Shown: positions 29,347 through 44,345, counted from the stretch's first letter. The stretch: 64,000 bases of DNA from Octopus vulgaris (GCA_951406725.2 OX597826.1:78554001-78618000), one strand, 5' to 3'. The notes: generated by a model from the letters alone, not told the origin. Made by a program: numbers and translations.

Positions 29347-29737
29347 CTCTTTCCATCTCTTTATCTGTCTCTTTCCGTTTGTCTTCGAGTCTCTTTCCTG
29401 TTTCATTCAATATCGCTCTCGTTCTCGTTTTCCCTCCACATTTTCCTTTTCACCTTCTTCCTCGCTGTCTTTCTTTATTGGTAGCATTTTTTTTCTTCCA
29501 GTTTATCTTTATTTCCGTCTCCATCACAACTTTTATATCTCTAACTAATATATACACTGGGTCTGAGCGTGTGCCCGTGTGAGTATGCGTATATATATAC
29601 ATATATATATATGTATAGTCACACACACACATATACGTATATATGAGTGTATGTGTTTGTGTGCGTGTGTTTGTGTGGGTGGGTGTATGTCTGATTATAT
29701 GTATGTATGTATATGTAAGTGTATATGTATGTATATG

Positions 29738-29824
<87 letters not shown>

Positions 29825-29880
29825 GGATGGATGGATGGATGGATGGATGGATGGATGGATGGATGGATACATAGGCAAGT

Positions 29881-29919
<39 letters not shown>

Positions 29920-29920
29920 T
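26340..29920. repeat. Mosaic microsatellite field (TA, CA, CT, GATA, GGAT)
   Basis: Read directly. Small unique islands at about 26640-26930 and 28550-28830. Confidence 0.9.
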
Positions 29921-30309
29921 TAGTTGTAGGATTCAATAAAAGCTAGGCACATCAACACGTAGGGTGCCAGAATGGTTAGATATTACATAGAGTTCACAGT
30001 GGGATAAGACAACTGTGAATGTATCAGGCATGGATAAGATACTGTAGATCTGTAAATACTGAATCCAATTTAAACGGTACGTCCAACTCATACATACATT
30101 CATGTGTGTGTGTACGTGAGTGGGATATGCATGAGTGTGTGTGTGCGTGCGTGGGTGGATGTGTGTGTGTCTGTATGTCTGTGTCTGTATATATACATAT
30201 ATATATATATAGGGATATCCACATATTGTAGTCAGGGATAATTTTAACAAACTGCTCTTGCCACAAAATTTTGTGTTTCCAAAACGTGCTCGGGGCACTA
30301 TTATATAAT

Positions 30310-30800
30310 ATATATAATAATAATGAAATTATTGTATACAGTGCTCAGGTGCACCACAACTTGTCAAAAGTGCGTATAAAGTATATGCAGTAATGTACAA
30401 ATGTCTGGAAAGTGGACAGTGTATAAGTCAGATACATGCTTGCGTGTGTATGGAGGGGAGAAAATCAGTTGTAGTGTTGGCGAATCTCAGGAAGCATGGT
30501 AGTTTTGAAGAACGCAGTGCTCTGACAACTAACATCTGATGCTGGCAGTTTGCTCCATGCTTCAGCAACTCTTAGCGTGAAAAAATGTTTCCGAAAGTCA
30601 TGGGAGCTGTGCTGTTTTCTGCCTTTGTAAACATGTCTACGGGTGTTAGACAGGTGGAGTTTGAAAAGGTGCTCAGAGTTATTGTTTGTAAGATGGTTAA
30701 TAATTTTATAGGTGTCTTCCAAGTCAGCTGCCAGACGTCGGAGTTTCAATCTATCCATGCTCAGGGAAGTAAGGCGTTCAGAATATGGCAGATGCCTGAT
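30310..30800 (-). mobile_element. CR1-clade LINE 3' end
   Basis: ORF 30465-30758 (LRRLAADL..TYKII..TRRH..RKHFFTLRVAEAWSKLP) is a typical CR1 ORF2 C-terminus; 3' UTR with a (TTA)-like tail. Confidence 0.85.
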
Positions 30801-30804
30801 TCTC

Positions 30805-31250
30805 TAGTTGAAATCTACCGGTTATTGTAATCTAAAAAACTGCGACCCAGGAAAAGGCGTTGACTTACTATTGAAACGTAGTAATTTGAAACACTTTCTC
30901 GAAGTTGAAAATCTTATTTTAAGACCGTTATGGCAGCTTTGAACGGCATAAGACAGCACTGCAATAAAATACATGGAAAACGGTGCTGGTACTAAATTAT
31001 CACCTTCTTTCACTCCATTGTCTAAGGAAATGTCTTCTGAAAGCTCAACATTAAACGCAACCTTGGTTTGCAGTGTACACAAATTTTGATAGACAACCAA
31101 GTTTACGAATGATCGGCCACAAAACTTCTCTACGACCGTTTCGAATGTTAGATCAACAAATACCTCATAGAGTAGCACTTGATGATGATCCTCTCCTGAT
31201 GTTGACGAGTCTTCAGACTCTTCTTACGTGACATAACAAGCTAAAACAGA
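30805..31250 (-). mobile_element. RTE-clade LINE RT fragment
   Basis: RQHQE..FVDLT..TV, NGVKEGDNLVPAPFSMYF, IRFST..FKL.R. Confidence 0.75.
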
Positions 31251-31398
31251 ACGATAGGACAGCGAAAATACGAGTCTTTAAATTTTGGAATCAATTTTTT
31301 TCGAGAATTCTATTTTTGAATCATTTTGAAACCTTTTTTTGTTTTGTTTTTTTTCTAGTAAATTTTAGTTAATTTTTGTTTATTTTCAAATCATTAAA

Positions 31399-31945
31399 AT
31401 GGAATGTCAAGTTAAGACATTCTTTTTGCTTTTAATCAAGGTTCTAAGGCTGCAAAAGCTGCTCGCGACATTTGTGCTATGTATGGAGAGGATGCCATAG
31501 CTGAAAGAACCGCTCGTGATTGGTATGCCAAGTTCAAAAATGGAAATTTTGACCTCAAAGACGCACCTCGTTCTGGCCGTCCAGTTGAGTTCGATGAAGA
31601 GCGATTAAGCCAACTTTTGCACGAAAATTCTCAAACGACAAGAGAATTGGCAAAAAAAAAATTGAATGCTCCCACACTGCTATAGAGAAGCATCTTCACT
31701 CGATGGGAAAGGTTCAGAAGTATGGAACATGGGTTCCTCATGCTTTAAGGGACAACAACAAAAATCAACGAGCCACAATCTCCGCTGGTTTGCTTGCTCG
31801 TCACCGCTCAACTCTTGGACACAAGCAACGATTTCTTTACTGAATCGTTACTGGCGATGGAAAATGGTGCCTATACATCAATATGAAGCAGCGTAAGGAA
31901 TGGTTTGACCCCAGTAAACAAGCGACACCGCACCTGAAACAAGAA
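31399..31945 (+). pseudogene. Mariner transposase 5' half, frameshifted and truncated
   Basis: YGEDAIAERTARDWYAKFKNGNFDLKDAPRSGRP, WVPH (31730), IVTGDGKWCLY. Confidence 0.9.
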
Positions 31946-33149
31946 AATATAAAAAACCTTGATGTGGTAACCTTGATGTGTGCGTGTATGCATGTGTAGG
32001 CGTGTGGATGATAATTTTGCTTTTGCAATTCCAAAGGCATTTATTCACTTGTAATGTCGTACTCCTGGTTAAAAGAATTAGTACTAATTCTCCTTTCAGA
32101 AGTAGGTGTTAAGGTAGGATTATTATCAGTATTGCAATTATTATTATTATTATTATTATTAAGTATTATCACAGTCTGAACTACTTTTCCTTAAAGTATC
32201 AAAATCTAGTTCAGCAATATTTTCATTAGAGTTACTTTCACAATTCACACCCTTGCTTCGACTCATGGTTTCAGTCGACATACTGCCTAATTCTACTGTT
32301 GTTATTTACTGTTATATTTTCAGCCAAACTTCTGGTGCTTGAATAGGAAATTTGTATTATAATCGGTTGAACCATTAAAATAACTATAATGTTCTGCTGA
32401 TCTGATGAGCTGGCTTTGTTTATCTGTACTGAGTTGTGAATATACAATTGTATTCTATAATGTGTAGCATGCATATTAATGCAGACATATAAAATAATTT
32501 ATTGTACACTGAAATTATTATTACATGATAAAGACTACCAAAATAATGCTAAAAAAAACAGAAATACGTATTTACCAATTCCATCAGAGCTGTGAAACAC
32601 TTTTCATTTGCTATTGATATATTTCTGTGTTTTTTAACGCTGTACATCTCCATTTCTATACTAAATGCTGTCTAGAGATGACTACTGCAGTTTCCAAGCA
32701 TTCTACTGTATACCTTCTGTATATCTTTGTTATGTACGATATACAGAATATATATATTTGCAATTGGTATAAGTGTTTGCTGGCAGATATCATTAATTTC
32801 TTTCTACTTTGTTCAACTTTCAAATGGATATGTCATACATTTGATCGATCTGAAGGATTTATTTGAATTTTCTATGATATGCGCATTAAAATTAGTTTTC
32901 TCTTGGGATTTTCTTAAATCTGTTAGATATTCCACAATAGGGCGTAGCATCTGCAAATCTTACGATATCGAATTTAGATATCGTACCACACACAAGAATA
33001 CTTGGCTATTTTATTATTTTCCTTAACTACAGTATTTCGAAATCTTTTACGAATAGAGGACAGAATCCATTAGTTCATTTTTTTTAAATATTTTAAAACG
33101 TTTTATTGACTGCTCCATACATTCTGACCTCTCCTTTCATGTGTAGCCA

Positions 33150-33760
33150 GATAACTGCATACAGAAGATAAAGTGCTGGCTATGATTCTACTATTCATGA
33201 GATTGGCACTTTTGTGACACATTCCTCTTTACTCTTACGAGATCTGCATTAGAATTTTCAGTTTGGCAGTTTCTGACATGGCACTATTCTTATTGATTAT
33301 TAGTGACTCCGCCATAGGTTTTCTGAAATGGTCGTCCGCCTGACTTGGATTTTTCCGTTGATGTTTATGTCCAGTATAAGTCATTTTCTTTTGCAATGTC
33401 TACGAGACTAATCAATTATGAGTTATATTCTACCGTTTCCTATGCGTTGTAAAAGTACACAGACCTTGTTCTTCAACCTGTTCTCCATAAACGACTTACC
33501 ACTCAAGGTTAATACCTTTAACAGTATTATGCTAATGTTACAAGCACACCACTGTTAGCTTCTTTGTTTGTTCCACCACACAAAAAGGAATGTTGCTCTT
33601 TTCTCTCAAAATTTCTTCAGAGTTAACACTGTCTTTTTATCTCAAAATTCTGCTATTGAATCTAAATGAGTGAGATTCTAGTAGGGTTTTAAGTTTAGCA
33701 CTGAATGCATACGCAATCAGGTTTCCGATGCTGTTATCATCTTTAGAAACCTACCATGGT
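33150..33760 (-). mobile_element. Very decayed LINE APE-endonuclease remnant (RTE-like)
   Basis: Faint ordered motifs (AYA, TNNQ, VRVKR, an SDH-like motif) across stops. May extend to about 32100. Confidence 0.35.
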
Positions 33761-35317
33761 TTAACTCCAACTAACGCAGCGTTTAATTAATTAGTTGGAG
33801 TACTTTCTAATGAAAGCCGAGTAAAACAGGGTTTCTTCAAGGTATGTTTGGACAAGGTGTTTCTCACTGTATGCGAGAGCTAAGAACAAAACCAGTTCAA
33901 AACAATGACATGGCAGATTTCCACTTCGTCCTCGCAAATCAGTTCTTCAAATTCTTTGACAATAAATTTGGCATCAATAGATTCATTGAGTGAAATTACC
34001 GCCGCCTACCGGTAATACATGCAGTTGGTGAAATCCTATTATTCAGTGTTATAATCTTCAGATTTGCTGAGTTGTCTCCCATACTCTTACCTACATCAAG
34101 GTCACACGTCAAGGTCACCAGCCTCCATCCAGGGGCACATACACGCACACATACACACGCACGCGCACCTTCGTTTGGGAATCACCACTACTTTATTATC
34201 TCCCCTTCTTCCTAGCTCTACTGTGAGACCCTTCTATCCCACATTCGCCATGATAGATCTCTAACCACTATTTTTAGTTATTTTTTGTTATTTTTAGCAT
34301 TGTTAGCACCACAGAGTGGTCCAGTTATACGACATGTATGAATTTATATAATTTTTCCCAAGGCCATACAAAAAGTGGAATTTTACAGTTAGTTGTCTGG
34401 AAATTAGCTATTCACAGTCCATTCATCCAATTAGAAAATGTTACAGCACATTCCCATTGGAATATTTAGGATCATGGCCTTCTAATCATAATCTATTTAA
34501 GTCATATATTTCACGTACTTTTGCAAACTGCAAACAGAATTCCGCAGGTTGTCTACAAACATTCTACCAGATTTATGAGTAGGAAACCAGATTATTTTAA
34601 CTATAATACACACCTTTCTAATACGAATATTGGAATTACGGGTCCTTCTTGATTTTTTCCTCTGTTGATATATCCTAATTGCATTACCTAATTCAGTTCA
34701 ATCTAATGTGAATTTCGCATCGATGCTGGAATGAATGTGTGGAAATATGTAGACTTTTTACTAAAGCACCATCTGAGAAAAGAATGTTTTTTTTAACTAA
34801 AAGTTGTTGTTTGTCAGGAAATATAGGAACTGTGGTGTTGGGGATCACACTATAGTTATTAGTAATACTATAAGGAGGTTTACAATCATAATGGAATTTT
34901 CCTCTCAGCAAACAGATATTGAACCGAAATTTCGAACTTAAAGCCCCAGCAGTATTTCATTAAGAAGTAAAATAACGTATTCTGTATGGATAGTATGGAT
35001 ATCAATATACATACTTATAATGTATAATACATACTTATAATGTATAATACTAGGACAAGTTACTGAGTCAGTTTAAATACGTAAGTATAAAAACAATATT
35101 TAACAATAAGCCTGATTGGTGTAACACACGTACGCCATAAATAAGGAGTGCATGTATCCGCATTTCACGTGAAATGAACGACTGATGTAGAGATTTATAG
35201 CAAAAATGCACGGTTTTAAATAGCTTCGGTAAAAAAAAAGTCAATGACAAGCATACAAATATACGACGAAAATATTTGACAGTTCGTAATAGATTGTATT
35301 ATAAACAAATCAATGTA

Positions 35318-35760
35318 AAGACGGCGAGTTGGCAGAATTGTTAGCAGACCAGGCGAAATGCGTAGCGGTATTTCGCCCGTCGCTACGTTCTGAGTTCAAA
35401 TTTCGCCGAAGTCAACTTTGCTTTTCATCCTTTTGGGGTCGATAAATTAAGTTCTAGTGAAACACTGGGGTGAATATAATCGACTAGGCCCCACCCCACA
35501 AATTTGAGGCATTGTGTCTTTAGTAGAATGGATTATTAACATATAAGGCAGCAATCTGACAGAATCGTTCGTACGCCAAGCAAAATTCTTAGTGGTATTT
35601 CGTCCGTCTTTAAGTTCTGAGTTCAAATTCCGCCGAGGTCGACTTTGCCTTTCAATCTTTCCGGATCGATGAAATAAAGTAGCAGTTGAACACTGTGGTC
35701 GATGTTATTGACTTACACCCTCCGAAATTGATGGGTTTGTGCCAAACATTTGAAATCACT
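35318..35760 (+). mobile_element. Two head-to-tail SINE family A copies
   Basis: Heads at about 35320 and 35546, each with GTTCTGAGTTCAAATT and the core domain. Confidence 0.88.
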
Positions 35761-35807
35761 ATTACACAATTCAATGAAAATTGAATATATAATTCTTTGA
35801 TTTGCTT

Positions 35808-35882
<75 letters not shown>

Positions 35883-35936
35883 TTGTGTGTGTGTGTGTGT
35901 GTGTTATTATTATTAAAGCTGCAAAAACATCAGCGT

Positions 35937-36082
35937 GATTCAGCGTGACACAGAGTGTGACAAGGTTGGCCCTTCGAAATACAGGTACAACAGAAGGAGG
36001 AAGAAAGAGCGAGAGAAATTAGTAGTGAAAGAGTACAGCAGGGTTCACCGCCCCCCCCCCGTCGAAACCTCGTGGAGCTTTT
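35937..36082 (-). mobile_element. SINE family C internal fragment
   Basis: ATTCAGCGTGACACAGAG..GAAATACAGGTACAAC..CCTCGTGGAGCTTT matches 25700-25845. Confidence 0.8.
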
Positions 36083-36088
36083 CGCCTC

Positions 36089-36164
<76 letters not shown>

Positions 36165-36224
36165 ATATTATATATATAATGGCCCCTGCATGTATGAAAC
36201 TATAAAATATAAAATATAAATATG

Positions 36225-36262
<38 letters not shown>

Positions 36263-36352
36263 TATATGTATAATGCATATATATATATACATGGATATAC
36301 ATATATACTATATATATATATATAATATATATATATGTATATATGTATATCC

Positions 36353-36435
<83 letters not shown>

Positions 36436-36610
36436 CATGTATATATATATCTATTTATATTTTATATTTTATCTAGTTTCAGCTCACGAGCTGTGGCCAT
36501 GCAGGGGCACCGCCATTATATATATAATTGCTAGCAAAAACTGTCCGATGAACGGCAACGGGCAACTCAGAGTAACAGGTTTTGTTGAATTTTCTGCTGC
36601 TTTAAATAAA

Positions 36611-36656
<46 letters not shown>

Positions 36657-36692
36657 ACATGTATATATATATGTATATATAAATATAAATAT

Positions 36693-36723
<31 letters not shown>

Positions 36724-36825
36724 ATGAAAGTGTAGTAAGCTAACAGCAGTGCTACAGCATGGGCACATCTCTCGAGCTAATACTTGTAAAAAGTATGTGT
36801 GTGTGTGTGTGTGTGTTTGTGTGTG

Positions 36826-36868
<43 letters not shown>

Positions 36869-36871
36869 ATG

Positions 36872-36903
<32 letters not shown>

Positions 36904-37438
36904 ATATGTGTGTGTTTCAAAAACTCGGTTAAGTTCTGCTGCATCCACACATACGTACATCTCCCTAAATATGCAGATATATTTCTCTATTTCCGTTCTG
37001 GCGCCGTGGTGATACTTGCTGAAATGACAGTGTTGATAAGAGCAAATGCAAACTTGAGAAAAAAAAAATACAGAAGCGAATACTTAAAGACAATGGAATT
37101 AAAGTGAAGAGGTGGGTTGTGTAGGTGTGCACCGGGTTTGCCAGCGAAGGAGGCTGAAGAGACATTCAAGAGAAAATTATCAAGAAAAATGAACACACAT
37201 TTACTTATGATGGAGGCCTTTATTTATCCATCTTCTTCTATGACCATCGCAGGCTCTCACTCTCTCCCTCTCCCTTCCTTACCCCCATCTCTCTCTCTCT
37301 CTCTTTTCCAGTCTTTTCCATTCTCTCTTACTCTCATATACACCTTCACGCACCATGCATATATATATATAAACATATATTTATTTATATGTGTGTATAT
37401 ATGTATGTATATATGTATGTTTGTATATGTATGTATGA

Positions 37439-37508
<70 letters not shown>

Positions 37509-38459
37509 ATGTATATATGTATATATATTTATATATATATATTGTATATGTATGTATACGTGTATATACATATATATATATATATATATTTACATCAATA
37601 TATAAATATATAAACATTCATATTTGTATGTTAATTATAGATGTTATATATATGCATATGTATATGTATATATATACATATATACACACGAACATATATA
37701 TGTATCTATATATCTATCTCAATCTCTTTTTCACATCGCCTGTGTATGCGCGTGCGTGTATGTGTGCATGTGTGCGTGCGTGTGTGTGTGTGTGTGCGTG
37801 TGTGTTTCTTTTATCTATGTCTTCCCTATCACAGACACACACACACACACACACATACACACAGGTATACACATAAAATTTCTTTCGTTATACTTTGCAT
37901 TCGATTCTATATATTTCTCCTTCTCAATTGTGTGTCTCTCTCTCTTTCTCTATCTCTCTCGCTCTTTTTCTCCCCCACCCCCACACCCCAGTCCTTTCTA
38001 CTTCTTTCTGCCAATCCTTGATCTCAAAACTCACAAGAAATCCTAGACGAGATACGAACTGTGTTGAATAGCCATTCCATTAACTTGAAGACCACTTCAA
38101 TCATGTAAGGAGTCATTTAGACACACCACAACTATACACAACACACAACAGTACAAACCGACGCTCAAATATATATATATATATATATATGCGCATATAT
38201 ATATATACGCATATATATACATATATACGCATATTTACGCACATACGTATGTATAATGTATATCTATATACAATCTATATATACATATATATAAACACAC
38301 ACATGCATATATATATTCTCACGTGTGTGTGTCTTTGTAGTAATAACATATCCATACCCCCCCTCACCACACTAACACACTACTTTCTCTCTCATTCTCT
38401 CTCTCCCTCTTTCACATACACACACACACTCTCTCTCCCTCTCTCTCCCTCTCTCTCCC

Positions 38460-38531
<72 letters not shown>

Positions 38532-38639
38532 ACACCTATATTTTGGAGCAGATGTGTGCATAAATGAACTGAAAGTAGAAATCGATTTCTATCAGTGCAC
38601 CGTGTTTTTTGCCTCCACTCCCTTCGCATCCATTTTCTC

Positions 38640-38715
<76 letters not shown>

Positions 38716-38828
38716 TCTCTTTCTTTCTCTCAACACATCCACTCTACCAACACGTTACAATGACACAGGTAACAGCAATATAAATAAACGTTACGACCAA
38801 CAACCCTCTATGTACATTTATGCACATA

Positions 38829-38968
<140 letters not shown>

Positions 38969-38986
38969 CATGTATATATATATATG

Positions 38987-39035
<49 letters not shown>

Positions 39036-39782
39036 ACTCTACCTTGCTTATATACATACATACATGTGTGTGTACGTGTGTGTGTGTGTGTTAAATATCC
39101 TTCAAATCTCTATTTTTAACAAGTTCAAATTACACGGGCGGCGTATTCTGGACAGATGTGTTCGATGAGGGCAGAACTGGCTAACCAACAACAACAACAA
39201 CCATAACCGCACTAACATCATCTAACATACAGACAGGATCCCACCAAGTCCACAACTAAACTACCAACATACAACCAAAGCCACTGGCTTAGTACCATCA
39301 CTCCAATGTCAAAAGCACCAGTACCGCCACCAACAACTCTGTATCTAACAATAGGCTACACGTAGACATACCACTAAGTATTTCATTTCAAAGGTACATG
39401 GCTTGGAGATCGATCTCACCGCGCGGGACATCGGGAAAATGTCTTCTGTCGGAGCGTCGAGTTGACTAAAGCCTGGTAAGAGGAAACTACTAAACGAAAA
39501 CTGTGTGGAAGTTCATCGTTAAGATGCCATTTCTTTTTGGTCGAGACTGGGTTTTAAACTTCATCTGTCGCCTAGTTTCACGTCATCACTTGGTCCTTGG
39601 GAACCTGTTTGAAACCTTCTGACCTGGTATCCTCTTTTCTTCACACAAATCATTAGGATTTATGTTATTAAAAGTAAAACTGATTCCAGGAGAGAGCCCC
39701 AACCTTCTCGCTCGATCTGCTAAAAGTAGCAGACAATTTTCCCACAAATCATACGCTGTGAACATAAACACGTAAAGCTATA

Positions 39783-40188
39783 TTTCATTCTACTCTAGGC
39801 ACAAGGCCCGAAATTCTAGGGGAGGGGGGGCCAGTCGATTATATCGACCCCAGTACGTAACTGGTACTCAATTTATCGACCTCAAAGTGATGAAAGGTAA
39901 AGTCGACCTCGGCAGAATTTGAACTCAGAACGTAGCGGCAGACGAAATACCTATTTCTTTACTACCAACAAGGGGCTAAACACAGAGAGGACAAACAAAG
40001 ACAGACAAACGGATTAAGTCGATTATATCGACCGCAGTGCGTAACTGGTACTTATTTAATCGACCCCGAAAGGATGAAAAGCAAAGTCGATCTCGGCGGA
40101 ATTTGAACTCAGAACGTAACGACAGACGAAATACCGCTACGCATTTCGCCCGGCGTGCAAACGCTTCTGCCATCTTGCTGCCTCAGGA
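39783..40188 (-). mobile_element. Composite dimeric SINE family A
   Basis: Same architecture and junction as 1069-1619. Candidate TSD AAAGCTATA at 39774-39782 and 40189-40197. Inserted into a family D repeat. Confidence 0.88.
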
Positions 40189-40321
40189 AAAGCTATAGTA
40201 ATGCAGCACTAAATATACCAAATCTGCTGAAAAGGTGGAATGGCCATGGCTGGAATATCATAACGTGGCTGTCTGACAGGCTGACAGACAGACATAAAGA
40301 CACGCATAAAGACAGACATAA

Positions 40322-40356
<35 letters not shown>

Positions 40357-40361
40357 TAGAC

Positions 40362-40444
<83 letters not shown>

Positions 40445-40445
40445 C

Positions 40446-40527
<82 letters not shown>

Positions 40528-40796
40528 GTAGATTATCGTGAAAAGAAAAGATGTCAATGGCGGGTGAGTGGAATATTTCTATCATAAGTCTGCTTGAGCG
40601 GAACTGACCTAGGGTTAAATAGCAACATCGTAACCAATGGCTGCCAACACCAAAGACATTGGAACGGCTTCAAACACCAATAGCCGTCTTATCACATTAA
40701 TAGCGACACCCTATTTCCTATCAATATCAGCAACAACATCATACAAGGATCAATACTAACAACACACGTCTTAACTTGTTATCAATAACAAGATCA

Positions 40797-40973
40797 TAAG
40801 ACGGCGAGCTGGCAGAATCGTTAGCACGCCGGACAAAGTACTTAGCGGCATTTCGTCTGCCGTTACGTTCTGAGTTCAAATTCCGCCGAGGTCGACTTTG
40901 CCTTTCATCCTTTCGGGGTCGATTAAATAAGTACCAGTTACGAACTGGGGTCGATATAATCGACTTAATCCGT
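40797..40973 (+). mobile_element. SINE family A, 3'-truncated
   Basis: GACGGCGAGCTGGCAGAATCGTTAGCACGCCGG..GTCGATATAATCGACTTAATCCG. Confidence 0.9.
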
Positions 40974-40974
40974 G

Positions 40975-42018
40975 TGATTGTGTAGTATGTTTATTTCCCA
41001 ACCACACTATTCTGGGTTCAGTCCTACTTCGTGGCATCTTTGTGATGTATCTTCAACAATAACCCTGAGCAGACTACGGCTTTGTAAGTGGATGTATTAG
41101 ACGGAAACTGAAAGAAGCCTGACTTATTTGTATGTGTGTGCGTGCATGCACATACGTGTAGTATGTATGTATGTATGTATGTCATTATTCAGTTTATTTC
41201 AAGATTTCTTGCCAACAGAGAAAGAACCGGTTTCTAACCTAGATTCAAGCCTCCTTCATCGGAATTTCAACATCAACAGCAGATATTTTTTTTTGTTTGT
41301 TTGTTTGTTTGTTTGTTTGTATGTATGTATGTATGTATGTATGTATGTATGTATGTATGCATGTATGTATGTATGTATGTATGTATGTATGTATGTATGT
41401 ATGTATGTATGTATGCATGCATGTATGTATGTATGTATGTATGTATGTATGTATGTATGTATGTATGTATGTATGTATGTATGTATGTATGTATGTATGT
41501 ATGTATGTTTGTATGTATGTATGTATGTATGTATGTATGTATGTATGTATGTATGTATGTATGTATGTATGTATGTATGTATGTATGTATGTATGTATGC
41601 ATGCATGTATGTATGTATGTATGTATGTATGTATGTATGTATGTATGTATGTATGTATGTATGCATGTATGTATGTATGTATGTATGTATGTATGTATGT
41701 ATGTATGTATGTATGTTTGTATGTATGTATGTATGTTTAATGCGTGTATTCTCATGCGTATAGTTACATATCTAGACATACTCATATATATTTAAAGGAT
41801 AAACCTCTGGAAAGTTGTACAAATTTTTACAGTTCCAGTGATGGATTGGATCTGTTTTACTTTCTGGTTTTGAGAAGCCTGATTTCTCAAGACTGGTATC
41901 TGGGCAATGTGTTAAATATCGCAGGGCCCCAATAATTACAGGTATAAACTTGAACATGTAATCTAGAGTAACTGCAGATTTGTACGTATGTATGCATGTA
42001 TGTATGTATGTATGTATG

Positions 42019-42052
<34 letters not shown>

Positions 42053-42950
42053 TGTATGTATGTATGTATGTATGTATGTATGTATGTATGTATGTATGTA
42101 TGTATGTATGTATGTATGTATGTATGTATGTATGTATGCATGCATGTATGTATGTATGTATGTATGTATGTATGTATGTATGTATGCATGTATGTATGTA
42201 TGCATGCATGTATGTATGTATGCATGCATGTATGTATGTATGTATGTATGTATGTATGTATGTATGTATGCATGCATGTATGTATGCATGCATGTATGTA
42301 TGTATGCATGCATGTATGTATGTATGCATGCATGTATGTATGCATGTATGCATGTATGTATGTATGAATGTATGTATGTATGTATGCATGCATGTATGTA
42401 TGTATGCATGCATGTATGTATGCATGTATGTATGTATGTATGCATGCATGTATGTATGTATGTATGCATGCATGTATGTATGCATGTATGCATGTATGTA
42501 TGTATGCATGCATGTATGTATGTATGCATGCATGTATGTATGCATGCATGCATGTATGTATGTATGTATGCATGCATGTATGTATGTATGTATGTATGTA
42601 TGTATGTATGCATGTATATATGTATGTATGTATGTATGCATGTATGTATGTATGTATGTATGCATGCATGTATGTATGCATGCATGTGTGTATGTATGCA
42701 TGCATGCATGTATGTATGTATGTATGTATGTATGTATGTATGTATGTATGACTTTGTATTCGTGCTTGTCTCCGCCACCGCTTGACAACAGGCGTTGAGT
42801 TGTTTATGCGCCAGTAAACCAGTGGTTGGGCCAAAGAAACTGTGATAATAAGCATCTCGCTTTAAAAAAATAAGTACTGGAGTCGATTCGCTCGACCAAC
42901 ATTCTTCATGGTGTTGCCCCAGCACGGCCGCGATTCGGTGAGTAAAAGAA
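40975..42950 (+). mobile_element. SINE family B split by a (TATG)n expansion and a nested LINE
   Basis: 5' half at 40975-41130 (GGTTCAGTCC, GACGGAAACTGAAAGAAGCC); 3' half at 42750-42950 (CGCTTGACAAC..CCAGCACGGCCGC). Confidence 0.7.
41185..41985 (-). mobile_element. 3' end of an RLE non-LTR element, related to 24205-26300
   Basis: Minus-strand DYMFKFIPVIIGALRYL..ITGTVKIC and 3' UTR GTTAGAAACC shared with about 26270. (CATA)n lies within it and on both flanks. Confidence 0.75.
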
Positions 42951-42987
42951 GTTAAAAAATAAAAGACAATACACGAACAGCAACGAC

Positions 42988-43330
42988 AAGTGGTTAGGGC
43001 AGCGGATTCGCGGTCGGAGGATCGCGGTTTCGATTCCCAGACCTGGCGTTGTGTGTGTTTATTGAGCGAAAACACCTAAAGCTCCACGAGGCTCCGGCAG
43101 CGGGGGGGGGGGGCGACCCCTGTTGTACTCTTTCGCTCCTACTTTCTCTCACTCTTTCTTCCTGTTTCTTGTCCCCGACTTCCTACCCAACCGCTGAGCC
43201 TGGATGCGCATTCATTCATCCGTCGATGCTCTCGGTGTCGTGGTTGACCTGCTTTCTCTTCTGCGGGTCTTACGAATAGCAAAGGACCACGTTTCGGGCT
43301 TCTCCCATCTTGCGAGCTCTAGGACGATGA
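42988..43330 (+). mobile_element. SINE family C variant with a different 3' tail
   Basis: AGTGGTTAGGGCAGCGGA..GAGCGAAAACACCTAAAGCTCCACGAGG matches the 25569-25951 head; diverges after about 43170. Confidence 0.8.
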
Positions 43331-43897
43331 CCGTTCGCTCAACAGCAACGACATATTTGTTATTACATAAAACAGGGACATTATTGACTTCTATTAATAC
43401 TGACGACGATATGGGTATCATAACGTTCAGCAATACCAGCAAACAAGCATCATAAAAGCTATCACCATTCGCATTAACGATGTCATAGCTATGTCCACGA
43501 CAACGACATCGTAAATGCTGTCAATAATCACAACAGCGACGTCGTAACTGCTATTAATACCAAAAAGAAGAACAGAATCGTAGATGCTAAGAAACATCAA
43601 GTTAGAAGAAGAAGAAAAAAGAATAGCAATCAGCCAACACTGCAGCCACAGCAAAAAACAAAAAAAAATCTCAATCACTACAAAGAGAAGTGCTAACACC
43701 GACGCCTATAGTTAGACCATCACCGCCTCCACCACCACCGCCGCGACCATCACCGCTACCACCACCACCACTCCAACGGTAGCAACAATAGCAACAACAA
43801 CCATAACAATAATCAGAAAACCTGCATTATTGTTAGGGTAACCGTTTAGAAAGACATTTAGGTTTTTTTTCCATACACCTACTCGCACGTATATATT

Positions 43898-43944
<47 letters not shown>

Positions 43945-43954
43945 ATATATATAT

Positions 43955-44074
<120 letters not shown>

Positions 44075-44123
44075 ATATGTATGTGTGTATATATATAGTA
44101 TTTATGCGCGTGTGTGTGTACCT

Positions 44124-44165
<42 letters not shown>

Positions 44166-44297
44166 ATACACATATATATATGCGCCTAGAAATGTATTAT
44201 ATGCATGCATAAAGCATCTAGATGTACATATGTACACTCACGCAGATATATGTATATTGTGTGTGTCTGTGCGCGTGTGTGTGTGCATGTATTTATG

Positions 44298-44345
<48 letters not shown>

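Noticed and set aside
41128-43075. MYVC/HTYI ORFs of 120-370 aa, and all YI, CV, HT, LS and IYLS ORFs elsewhere
   Set aside because: Microsatellite translations.
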